From a candidate division WOR-3 bacterium (GTDB lineage Bacteria > Hydrothermota > Hydrothermia > LBFQ01), in the NCBI GenBank assembly GCA_039802605.1, contig JBDRWW010000002.1:128001-192000 (forward strand): a DNA stretch of 64,000 nt, in the 5' to 3' direction. The position numbers and the translations under genes are program-made. The notes beneath the pieces were generated by a model. It saw only the letters and a program-made list of their open reading frames with translations. It did no database searches and was not told the DNA's origin. Positions 10,147-19,314 of this stretch are shown in pieces; position 1 is the stretch's first letter; every line of letters begins with the position of its first letter.

Positions 10147-11964
10147 ATGCCTTTAAGGTTTATAGCAACGGATTGCGGAAGTACAACGACAAAGGCCATA
10201 ATGGTTGAGAAGAGGGAGGAGGGTTGGAGGCTTATAGCAAGGGGTGAGGCGCCAACCACCGTAGAAAAGCCCTTTGAGGATGTTACGGTTGGTGTTAGGA
10301 ATGCGATAAGGGAATTGGAAGAGATAACGGGGGTTAAACTCCTTGATGAAAACGGGGAAATAATAAAAATGGAAAACCCAACGGAGGATATGGGTACAAA
10401 TGCCTATGTTTCAACATCTTCGGCGGGTGGTGGCTTACAAATGTTGGTGGTAGGTGTTGTTAAGAGCATGACGGCAGAATCCGCCGCAAGGGCGGCTTTG
10501 GGTGCGGGTGCGATAGTTATGGAGATTATTTCAATAGATGACGGGAGAAAACCTTACGAAAAGGTTGAACTTATAAGAAAACTAAGGCCAGATATGATTC
10601 TGCTCGCCGGTGGGGTTGAAGGGGGTACGATTAAACATGTGGTTGAATTGGCGGAACTAATAGCCGCGGCCAATCCGAAACCCAGATTCGGTTCAACCTA
10701 CAAAATGCCCGTAATTTATGCGGGGAATTCGAAGGCGAAGGAAGAGGTTAAAAAAATCCTCGGGGAAAAAACCGCCCTTTATATCGTTGATAATATAAGG
10801 CCTTCCCTTGATACGGAAAATTTACACCCGGCAAGGGAGAAAATACACGACCTGTTTTTGGAACATGTGATGCAACAGGCACCGGGATATTCCAAACTTA
10901 TGGGGATGACCGATGCCCCGATAGTGCCAACACCTGGGGCGGTTGGTATGCTTATAGAAAGGGTTGCCAAGATGGAGGGTATAGAGGTTCTCGGTGTGGA
11001 TATAGGTGGTGCAACAACGGATGTTTTTAGCGTGTTTAAGGGTATATTCAACAGGACGGTTTCCGCAAACCTGGGGATGAGTTATTCGATATCAAATGTA
11101 ATGGTTGAGGCGGGCATAGAAAACATAATGAGGTGGCTACCCTTCAAAATAAATCCTTCATCCTTAAAAAACAGGATTCGAAATAAGATGATTAGGCCAA
11201 CAACAATACCGCAGACGTTGGAAAGCTTAATAGTTGAGCAGGCAATAGCGCGTGAGGCTTTGAGGCTTTCCCTTGAGCAGCACAAAATGTTTGCCACCGA
11301 GTTAAAAGGGGTTCAAAGGGGCGGCGATATATCAAGGGCCATTGAGGATGTCGGGGAATACACCCTCGTTAATATGATGACATTAAATTTAATAATAGGT
11401 TCCGGAGGGGTTTTATCCCATGCCCCCAGGAGGGTTCAATCCGCCCTAATGATGATAGACGCCTTCCAACCCAGGGGTATAACCAAGTTGGCCGTGGATA
11501 GCATATTCATGATGCCCCATTTGGGTGTTATATCAACCATAAACGAAGAGGCCGCATGGCAGGTTTTTGATAAGGATTGCCTTATAAGGCTGGGAACGGT
11601 TATAGCCCCGGTTGTCGTTGAAAAACCCGGGAAAACCGTTTTAAGGGCTAAGGTTGAGTATCCCGATGGGAGGGTTGAAGGGGTGGATTTAAAGTTTGGC
11701 GATATAATAAAACTTGAACTCCCCCTTGGGGTTAAGGCCAAGGTTTACCTTGAACCCATTAGGGGTGCGGATGTTGGGGAGGGAAGGGGAAAGAAGTATA
11801 TGGCGGAGGTTGAAGGGGGTGTTGTGGGTCTAATATTTGATGGTAGGGGAAGGCCTTTGTACATTCCCGAAAACGACGACGAAAGAATTGAGAGTTTGAT
11901 AAAGTGGTACGAATCCCTGGATGTATATCCGAGGATACTTGAAACCGTGGTAAGCGGTGTATGA
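10147..11964 (+). CDS. GlmL/MutL-type (glutamate mutase accessory) ASKHA-fold ATPase
   Basis: DCGSTTTK, SSAGGGL, VDIGGATTDVFS, NRTVSANLGMSYS. Confidence 0.85.
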   Translation: MPLRFIATDCGSTTTKAIMVEKREEGWRLIARGEAPTTVEKPFEDVTVGVRNAIRELEEITGVKLLDENGEIIKMENPTEDMGTNAYVSTSSAGGGLQMLVVGVVKSMTAESAARAALGAGAIVMEIISIDDGRKPYEKVELIRKLRPDMILLAGGVEGGTIKHVVELAELIAAANPKPRFGSTYKMPVIYAGNSKAKEEVKKILGEKTALYIVDNIRPSLDTENLHPAREKIHDLFLEHVMQQAPGYSKLMGMTDAPIVPTPGAVGMLIERVAKMEGIEVLGVDIGGATTDVFSVFKGIFNRTVSANLGMSYSISNVMVEAGIENIMRWLPFKINPSSLKNRIRNKMIRPTTIPQTLESLIVEQAIAREALRLSLEQHKMFATELKGVQRGGDISRAIEDVGEYTLVNMMTLNLIIGSGGVLSHAPRRVQSALMMIDAFQPRGITKLAVDSIFMMPHLGVISTINEEAAWQVFDKDCLIRLGTVIAPVVVEKPGKTVLRAKVEYPDGRVEGVDLKFGDIIKLELPLGVKAKVYLEPIRGADVGEGRGKKYMAEVEGGVVGLIFDGRGRPLYIPENDDERIESLIKWYESLDVYPRILETVVSGV

Positions 11965-12887
11965 GGGTTTTAAACCTTTCAAGGAGATTAAGGGTTAAGG
12001 AATACGAGCAGGTTTTTGATCTATCCCACATGCCCGATATAGTTATAGCGGATAAAACAACGCCAAAAGATTACCTAAATGCCATTTCTCAGCACTTTAT
12101 AACCGCATTTGTCGGTAAAACGGATATACCCACGGTTGATTATAGGTTTTCAAGTGAGAAGGATTTAATTGAATTCCTTGAAGAATATTCTTCAAAAGGC
12201 ATAAGGAGGAGGCTGAAAGACCTATACAATTCGGTTTATGAATTAAAGGACGACGAGGTTGTCCCGTATGTAATATATTTTGGGTATTCGGCTTATATTT
12301 ATGAGAGGATAAAGACCGTTTTACTCCACCCGTTAAAGCCTTGGATAGTAATATACGGCCCGGTTGGTTCCGGAAAGTTGGCCCTTGTGAAATCCATTCT
12401 CGGGGATAATTATATAGACATCTTTCACATATCCGAAAAGCATAAGATAGGATTTAGGGTTGAGGATAAACCGGAAGAGATTAACGGTGTTGTAATAAAC
12501 ACTTCCCTTTTGGAAGGTGAATCCGAAATAAAGGAGATTATGGATTTCCTTTATTCAAGGGGTTATCAGGCAACCTTTATAGTTGAAAGTAAGAAAATAC
12601 CGCAGATATTAAAAACAATCCCATCCTTTTACATTCCGGCGTTAATAGAAAGACCCATAAAGGAGAGGCTTTTAATACTTGAGCACCTTTTGAGGAACCT
12701 TTCAAAAATCGTTAAAAAGGATGTTGAGGTTGACGAGGACTTTATAAGGGTATATTTCTCATACGATTGGCCTAAGAATTTCAGCGAGCTTGAAAACGCC
12801 ATAAGGTTTGCCCTGTCTATAAACGACGGGGTTCTTAAAGCGGAAAATTTGCCCGAACACATAAAAGGGTTTTCCGGCATAGAATAG
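11961..12887 (+). CDS. Degenerate sigma54-activator-like AAA+ protein
   Basis: GPVGSGK Walker A, IPALIER, YDWPKNFSELENAI (cf. WPGNVRELEN); no GAFTGA, no C-terminal HTH. Confidence 0.65.
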   Translation: MRVLNLSRRLRVKEYEQVFDLSHMPDIVIADKTTPKDYLNAISQHFITAFVGKTDIPTVDYRFSSEKDLIEFLEEYSSKGIRRRLKDLYNSVYELKDDEVVPYVIYFGYSAYIYERIKTVLLHPLKPWIVIYGPVGSGKLALVKSILGDNYIDIFHISEKHKIGFRVEDKPEEINGVVINTSLLEGESEIKEIMDFLYSRGYQATFIVESKKIPQILKTIPSFYIPALIERPIKERLLILEHLLRNLSKIVKKDVEVDEDFIRVYFSYDWPKNFSELENAIRFALSINDGVLKAENLPEHIKGFSGIE

Positions 12888-12893
12888 ATGATT

Positions 12894-13925
12894 ATGAAAA
12901 GGGGCATTTTGTTGATTTTGTTTGCACAATGGTTGTACGCAATACCCTTCTTTTCAAGAAAGTTTAATATATCCTGTACAGAATGCCATGCGGGTTATCC
13001 AAAACTGACATATGAGGGAGAAAAATTAAAGGAAAACCTATATTTACCGCAAAATTTCAACCCAAGGCTTCAAACGATGGATTTAAAGGGTGATAGGAAG
13101 ATATACCTACAAAGGGATATTCCGATTTCCGGGAGGATAAGGACACTAATGGGTTTAGTGGCCATGGAAAAAAAGTTTTACGGGCATACTTCAACATACG
13201 CAACGGTTTATGCGTCATCAAATATGAGCTCAAACTCTTCCTTTTTTGTGGCCGTGGAGGGTGGAAAGGATACATTTTATATAAGGGAGGCCTTTTTTAG
13301 GATAAATTTACCCCTTAATTCTTCCGCCTTTATCGGAAAAACAGACCTTTCGGAGTTTTTCTTCAAGAGATATAACAGGATAACTTATGAGGATTACTCG
13401 GTTTATGATTTTGCGGGATTAAACGGAACAGGAATAACTTTAAGGTTTTCACCGTATATATGGCTTGGGTTTATCGATGTGGAAAGGGGAATATGGTTTG
13501 GTAGAGCCGGCTTAAACTCAAAATACTTTTCCTTTGGGGTTTTCGGAATACCCAAAAATAACGCCCAAAGGTACGGTTCGGATATAAGGTTTAGGTTTGG
13601 GCCTTTTGATTTTATCACAAGTGTTGTGTTCGGCTTTGATCAGGAATTGGGGAGCTTTGAAAGAAACGAAAATTCATTCGTAGCCGGATACTCGGCCCTT
13701 GATATGGTTTTTGGGTATAACTTTTTCATATCTTTACTTTACAACTACATAGGCTCATTTCACGAACCCCATAATAAAGACTTTCACAAAAGTATAATAA
13801 CCCTCGCCTTCGGGCACTACCCTTTGAGGAATTTAAGGGCTGGGATAGAAGTGGGTTATAACACCGCGGCAAAATATCCGGCAAATGGGACATACGGGGG
13901 TATAACCCTTGACTGGGCTTTCTAA
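12894..13925 (+). CDS. Cyc2-like monoheme cytochrome c fused to outer-membrane beta-barrel
   Basis: Signal peptide then A-IPFFSRKFNISCTECHAGYPKL..G; beta-strand-rich remainder; C-terminal LDWAF barrel signal. Start could be 12888. Confidence 0.75.
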   Translation: MKRGILLILFAQWLYAIPFFSRKFNISCTECHAGYPKLTYEGEKLKENLYLPQNFNPRLQTMDLKGDRKIYLQRDIPISGRIRTLMGLVAMEKKFYGHTSTYATVYASSNMSSNSSFFVAVEGGKDTFYIREAFFRINLPLNSSAFIGKTDLSEFFFKRYNRITYEDYSVYDFAGLNGTGITLRFSPYIWLGFIDVERGIWFGRAGLNSKYFSFGVFGIPKNNAQRYGSDIRFRFGPFDFITSVVFGFDQELGSFERNENSFVAGYSALDMVFGYNFFISLLYNYIGSFHEPHNKDFHKSIITLAFGHYPLRNLRAGIEVGYNTAAKYPANGTYGGITLDWAF

Positions 13926-14799
13926 GGAGGTTAAGGAAAAGTGGGATTATTATGTTGAACTGATAAACACGGCCTTGGATATATTTTTACCCTGCGAGAA
14001 GGAAGAACCCACGGAACTGTATAAGGCGATAAGATATGCCGTATTTTCGGGGGGTAAGAGGTTAAGGCCTACCTTATCCTTGGCAACGGCTGAGGCCTTT
14101 GGGGCGGATCCAAAGGCCATATTACCCCAAGCGGCGGCCATAGAGATGATACACACATTTACATTGGTTCATGACGACTTACCGGATATAGATAACGACG
14201 ATTTCAGAAGGGGTAAACCCACCGTACATAAGGTTTTTGGAAACGACATAGCAATATTGGCGGGCGATGCCCTATTCGCCTGCGCCTTTAAGACGGCCCT
14301 AAGGGGTTCTTTATCCGATGATAAAAAGATAAAGATTTTAAAGGAGATAACAAACGCGCTATGTTATAAGGGGGTTATAGAAGGGCAGGTTGCGGATATA
14401 AAATCCACAAAAAGGAAATCCACATACGAAGATATGATCTTTATACACACCCACAAGACGGGAAAGTTAATAGAATGCTCTGTAATGGTTGGCGTAATAG
14501 GTGCGGATGCCCCATTAGAAGTGCATGGTTATATGAGGAAATTCGGTCAAAATTTGGGTCTGGCATTTCAAATAAAGGACGACCTTCTGGATGCATTTGG
14601 AGACGAAGAAAAGGTTGGGAAGAAGCTGAGGAAGGACTACAATAAGGCCTCTGCCGCCGCAATACTCGGTAAGGAGAAGGCCGAGAAGATGATGAGGGAA
14701 TTAATAGACGAGGCAAAGAAAAATCTGAGGAAAGCGGTGGGTGATAATGGGAAATTCTTGGAAGAACTTGCGGAGTATATAATAACACGAGAAGAATGA
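13909..14799 (+). CDS. ispA: Polyprenyl (farnesyl/geranylgeranyl) diphosphate synthase
   Basis: GGKRLRP, LVHDDLPDIDNDDFRRG, FQIKDDLLD. Confidence 0.9.
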   Translation: MTGLSKEVKEKWDYYVELINTALDIFLPCEKEEPTELYKAIRYAVFSGGKRLRPTLSLATAEAFGADPKAILPQAAAIEMIHTFTLVHDDLPDIDNDDFRRGKPTVHKVFGNDIAILAGDALFACAFKTALRGSLSDDKKIKILKEITNALCYKGVIEGQVADIKSTKRKSTYEDMIFIHTHKTGKLIECSVMVGVIGADAPLEVHGYMRKFGQNLGLAFQIKDDLLDAFGDEEKVGKKLRKDYNKASAAAILGKEKAEKMMRELIDEAKKNLRKAVGDNGKFLEELAEYIITREE

Positions 14800-16058
14800 T
14801 AAAACTCAGCGTATCGGGTTTAAGGGGCATTGTAGGGAAAGGTTTAACGCATAAGGAGGTTTTAGACTATTCCTTAGCATACGGCATCATTTATGAGGGT
14901 GGGAAATTGGCCGTTGGTATGGATACTAGGGAAAGCGGTTTTGCCTTAAAAAGCCTTGTAAAAGGCGCTTTAATGCTTTGTGGAAGCGATGTTTATGATT
15001 TTGGAATAATACCAACACCGGCGTTTTTAAGGATGATAAAGGTTTTAAACCTTGACGGTGGAATAATCATAACGGCGAGCCACAACCCGCCACAATGGAA
15101 TGCGTTAAAATTTGCTTTTGGGGATAGGTTGAGTAGGGATTCCGAGGTTGAAAAGGTTAGGAATAATCTGGGAAAGGAACCAAAATACGCAACATTCGGT
15201 AAGGAATATAGCGTAGAGGTGCTGAACATATACCTTACAAACTTTCCGAAGTTTGACCTAAGCGGCCTGAAAGTCGTTTTGGACTTTCAAAACGGGGCAA
15301 CATCGGGGTGGGTTGATAGGGTTTTTGAGAAACTCGGCGCGGAAGTATTTACGATAAGGGGAAGTGGGAAATTACCCGAAGACCCGGAACCGAAAAGGGA
15401 AAAGTTTTTTTTAATGGATGAAGTTTTAAGGGAAGGGTATGCGGATGTGGGGTTTGGATTTGATCCGGATGGGGATAGGGTTATATGCGGTTTAAAGGGA
15501 TTGGGTATGCTTTCCGAAGAGCAAACCACAGCCTTAGCGCTATACTCGGCGGCAAAAACTTTTAATATTCCCAAAAAAGCCGTTTTAAACCTATCAACAT
15601 CGGTTCTATCGGAGAGGGTTTTGAGGGATTTGGGGTATGAGGTTTCGAGGTGGAAGGTTGGGGAACCCAACATAATTGAATATATGGAAAGCATTGGCGC
15701 AAAATTGGGGGGTGAGGGAAATGGTGGTTTGATATATTACGATTTCACAAAGGGTAGGGATGGGATATTGGCATCGGTTTTAATAGGTAAGTTGGTAAAA
15801 GAAGGGGACATTCCCGATTTTATTCTAAAAAACCCTTACGATATGGTAAAATTGAAGTTTTCGGGAGAAATTGAAGACATTATGGAAAGGGTAAAAGTTT
15901 TGATAGATGGCTGGGATTTTGTGGGAATTGACGGTTATTATTTTAGGAATGGTGATAATTGGCTTCATATAAGGCCCTCAAATACCGAACCCGTAATAAG
16001 GGTTGTTGTTGAAGGGGATGAAAAGTTTGTGAAGGGTATCCTAAAAGTTTTAGAGTAA
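14796..16058 (+). CDS. Phosphohexomutase (PMM/PGM or GlmM family)
   Basis: ITASHNP, FDPDGDR, GGEGNGG, RPSNTEP. Confidence 0.9.
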   Translation: MIKLSVSGLRGIVGKGLTHKEVLDYSLAYGIIYEGGKLAVGMDTRESGFALKSLVKGALMLCGSDVYDFGIIPTPAFLRMIKVLNLDGGIIITASHNPPQWNALKFAFGDRLSRDSEVEKVRNNLGKEPKYATFGKEYSVEVLNIYLTNFPKFDLSGLKVVLDFQNGATSGWVDRVFEKLGAEVFTIRGSGKLPEDPEPKREKFFLMDEVLREGYADVGFGFDPDGDRVICGLKGLGMLSEEQTTALALYSAAKTFNIPKKAVLNLSTSVLSERVLRDLGYEVSRWKVGEPNIIEYMESIGAKLGGEGNGGLIYYDFTKGRDGILASVLIGKLVKEGDIPDFILKNPYDMVKLKFSGEIEDIMERVKVLIDGWDFVGIDGYYFRNGDNWLHIRPSNTEPVIRVVVEGDEKFVKGILKVLE

Positions 16059-16084
16059 TATTTTCTTATAAATTTATTTGTCGC

Positions 16085-16114
16085 TTGACTTTGAAAACAC
16101 TACACTCTTAGAAT
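16085..16114 (+). promoter_or_regulatory. Sigma70-type promoter
   Basis: TTGACT (16085-90), 18 nt, TAGAAT (16109-14), 9 nt before ATG 16124. Confidence 0.6.
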
Positions 16115-16123
16115 TGCAGCATC

Positions 16124-17206
16124 ATGAAAAGGTTTATAGTTTTGTTTATCCTGCCGTTTGTGCCCCTGTTTGGAGAAGCTCCAATCGGAATGTGTGGGAA
16201 AACCCCCTTTACCCCTGTGGATGTTTCACCTATGGCAACCCCGTTTTTCCAACTTTACAGGGAAGTTGTCAACGGCGATTTCGTCGCAGGAGGTTGTGCC
16301 CTTAGTTCCGGAGGTTCTTGTTCTATAACGATAAGCGGAATTCCCGCGGGTTCATCCGTCGTTAAAGCTTATCTGTTTTGGGTCACACAGGGTTCCGTCA
16401 CATCTGGTGTTTTCAACGGAACACCCATAACGGGAACATTGGCCGGAAGCGATTGCTCAAGTTGTTGGGGCGGATATCCCACAAATGTATATTACGCGGA
16501 TGTAACGCCATATGTATCGGGCAACGGTACATACAGCCTTTCTAGTTTTGGGTCTATAACCTGCGGGGGCCCCGGGCCGGAAGGTGCGGCTCTCATCGTG
16601 GTGTATGGCAACGGTGCGGAAACCAAAAGAACTATAACCGTATATACGGGTGCTTGGGAGTGGGTCTGTTCAGGGAATTACACATGGACACATACCGGTT
16701 TTACCGCCACAAATCCCGTAACATCGGCTAAGTATTTGGTAGCATTTGGCAATGGACAAAACTTTGGAGAAGTTGGAGGAGAATATGTATATCTTAACGG
16801 AAACCTGATAACCACTGACATAGACGGTTTAACCGGTCCGGGTTCCGGTCCCTGTGGAAACGGTTCCCTTTGGGATGTATTCCAGGGAAGCGCGACCAGC
16901 TGGATACCCGGAGGGGCAACGAGTGCAACTTTTTCTTTTAATAATTCGGAGGCTGCCGATTGTTGGCATATTACTGTGAGTGTTTTATCGGTTTCCTCGG
17001 ATGATGCTTTAACATATACCTGTGCTGCGGGTTATGATGATCCGGTTCTCGTTGATGAAAGCAAAGGCGTATATTACGAAGGGGATATGACGGTTTATAG
17101 TATAGGCGGCTCGGTGATTTACAAGGGTAAAGGGTTTGTAAAATTGCCCAAGGGGGTTTATTTCATAAGGTATAAGGATGGGGTTAAGAAGGTGTTAGTC
17201 CGTTAA
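16124..17206 (+). CDS. Secreted Cys/Gly/Ser/Thr-rich protein with short T9SS-like C-terminal domain
   Basis: Signal peptide; IPAGSSVVKAYLFW jelly-roll-like region; C-terminus VYSIGG...LPKGVYFIR...KKVLVR. Confidence 0.7.
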   Translation: MKRFIVLFILPFVPLFGEAPIGMCGKTPFTPVDVSPMATPFFQLYREVVNGDFVAGGCALSSGGSCSITISGIPAGSSVVKAYLFWVTQGSVTSGVFNGTPITGTLAGSDCSSCWGGYPTNVYYADVTPYVSGNGTYSLSSFGSITCGGPGPEGAALIVVYGNGAETKRTITVYTGAWEWVCSGNYTWTHTGFTATNPVTSAKYLVAFGNGQNFGEVGGEYVYLNGNLITTDIDGLTGPGSGPCGNGSLWDVFQGSATSWIPGGATSATFSFNNSEAADCWHITVSVLSVSSDDALTYTCAAGYDDPVLVDESKGVYYEGDMTVYSIGGSVIYKGKGFVKLPKGVYFIRYKDGVKKVLVR

Positions 17207-19314
17207 ATTACAGACAAGGGGTCTATATTGAATATTCGCTTGCCCCGTAGTTTTAGGTTATTCAATGTTTGGAACAACCGACCGATTTTTCTGTAATCAT
17301 CGCCTATCAAAACCAACCTTATGCGGTATTTACCGTATAACTTTGAAATCGGAGGGGGTGAGGGGCCCCATACCTTTACATCCCCTTTATAGTTATTCAC
17401 AAATTCGCTTAAAACCTTAAAATTAAATCCGTTGTTTTCCTCGGAAGATGTTCTAACCTCAAAAAATGCCATCCTTGTAAACGGTGGGAAACCGAGCCTT
17501 TTCCTTTCATTGTATAACATTTGATAAACATCATCAAAATTCCCATCAATCAAAGCCTTAAAAACCCTATGTGTTGGATTGTATGTTTGTATTAATGTTA
17601 GACCCCCTTTCCTTATCCTTCCCGAAACCTGGGCCAAATATTGCAAGGCCCTCTCTTCCGCGCGGAAGTCGTTCCCCCTATACAGAAACTCATCGGCGTT
17701 TAAAACCCCAACAAAACCAACATTCTCAAAATCCAAACCCTTTATAACCATTTTTGTACCCACCAAAACCCTAACCTTACCCTCACCAAATTCCTTTAAA
17801 ATCTTTAAGGCTTCACCCCTTTTCCTAATAACATCCGAATCCATTCTAAAAACTTCAACCTTTAACATTTCCCTTAAATACCTTTCTACCCTTTGCGTCC
17901 CGAACCCAACACCCCTTAAATTCGTTCCCCCGCAGTACTCGCATGTTAAAGGTATATCCTGAGAAAACCCGCAGATATGACACTTTAAGTATTCCCCCTT
18001 TTGCCCTTTGTGAAGGGCTAAGACAACATCACAGTTTTCACACCTTACGGGGTTTCCGCAATCACCGCAGAAGAAATAGGGCAAATATCCCCTTCGGTTT
18101 ATGTATATTATAGCATTTTTCCCCTTTTCCAATGTGGAATTTAATTCTTCTAAAAACTTCTTGGAAAACACCCCGTTTATCAACTTTTGTTTTCTCAAAT
18201 CCACGATTTCTATTTTTGGGTTTTCGTATTCATAAATCCTCTTGGTTAAAATCAATCGCTTGTATTTCCCGAGTTTCATATTGTGAAAGCTTTCCAAAGA
18301 GGGAGTGGCACTCCCAAGAATAACGGGGATTCCCAAGAGTTTAGCCCTATAAACCCCCAAGTCTCTGGCGTTAAAAAACGGTAGCCTTTCCTCCTCCTTA
18401 AAACTCTCTTCAAATTCCTCATCAACAATGATTATCCCCAAGTCTTTAAAGGGTAAAAAAACCGCATTTCTCGTTCCCATAACAACGGTTATATTACCGT
18501 CAAGAACCCCTTTCCAAACGCTCAACCTATAACCCTCCGGCATGCCGCTATGGTATAGGGCAAACCTATTACCGAAAGCGTTTTGAAAAACCTTCGCAAG
18601 GTGATAGGATAAAAATATTTCCGGAACCAGTATTAATACACTTTTGCCGGAATTAACAACCTTTTCGGCGGATTTCAGATATACATAAGTCTTTCCCGAA
18701 CCCGTTGGTCCCCATAAGTAAAAAGGCGAAAACCCATCTCTTTCAATGGCGGAATAAATTGAATTTAAAACCCTCATCTGTTCAGGTGTGGGTGTGTTGG
18801 GTATGTTAAAGCTTCCAAATTCATAAATCTTAGGGGGTTTGAAATTGGGAAATTTGAAATCTTCAAATCGTTTAACCAAACCCATCCTTTCCCATTTTTT
18901 GAGGTAATAGGTCAAATCCCTACCGAATTTTTTCTTAATTGAGGACCTAGTCCTCGGCTCTTTAATGTAATCCCAAAGTTCCAGCATTTTGGTTTTTGGG
19001 GGTTTATCCCCCACCCTGAGGTAATATACCCTTATAGCCTTATGGAAAGCACCGGGAAGTATTAGGTTCAAAAAAAGGTTTAACGGGTTGTGATAGTATT
19101 CGGATGCAAACTCTACCAATTTTAAAACATCCTCCGGAAGCGTTATGTTTAGGTTTTCTGCCCTTTTTAAACCGTTTGTATTAATGCCTTCATCAACCGA
19201 CCATACAACGCCTATATTGGTGTTGTTCCTTACATCAACCCTTACAACATCCCCTATCCTTCCATCCCCCTTATACTGGAACAAACCCGCCTTTGTTAAT
19301 ACGTTTAGTTTCAA
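17203..19314 (-). CDS. priA: Primosomal protein N'
   Basis: GPTGSGKT, LVPEI, IVDEE, GSATPSLES, four CxxC pairs, KGLDF. Confidence 0.95.
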   Translation of the reverse strand: MKLNVLTKAGLFQYKGDGRIGDVVRVDVRNNTNIGVVWSVDEGINTNGLKRAENLNITLPEDVLKLVEFASEYYHNPLNLFLNLILPGAFHKAIRVYYLRVGDKPPKTKMLELWDYIKEPRTRSSIKKKFGRDLTYYLKKWERMGLVKRFEDFKFPNFKPPKIYEFGSFNIPNTPTPEQMRVLNSIYSAIERDGFSPFYLWGPTGSGKTYVYLKSAEKVVNSGKSVLILVPEIFLSYHLAKVFQNAFGNRFALYHSGMPEGYRLSVWKGVLDGNITVVMGTRNAVFLPFKDLGIIIVDEEFEESFKEEERLPFFNARDLGVYRAKLLGIPVILGSATPSLESFHNMKLGKYKRLILTKRIYEYENPKIEIVDLRKQKLINGVFSKKFLEELNSTLEKGKNAIIYINRRGYLPYFFCGDCGNPVRCENCDVVLALHKGQKGEYLKCHICGFSQDIPLTCEYCGGTNLRGVGFGTQRVERYLREMLKVEVFRMDSDVIRKRGEALKILKEFGEGKVRVLVGTKMVIKGLDFENVGFVGVLNADEFLYRGNDFRAEERALQYLAQVSGRIRKGGLTLIQTYNPTHRVFKALIDGNFDDVYQMLYNERKRLGFPPFTRMAFFEVRTSSEENNGFNFKVLSEFVNNYKGDVKVWGPSPPPISKLYGKYRIRLVLIGDDYRKIGRLFQTLNNLKLRGKRIFNIDPLSVI

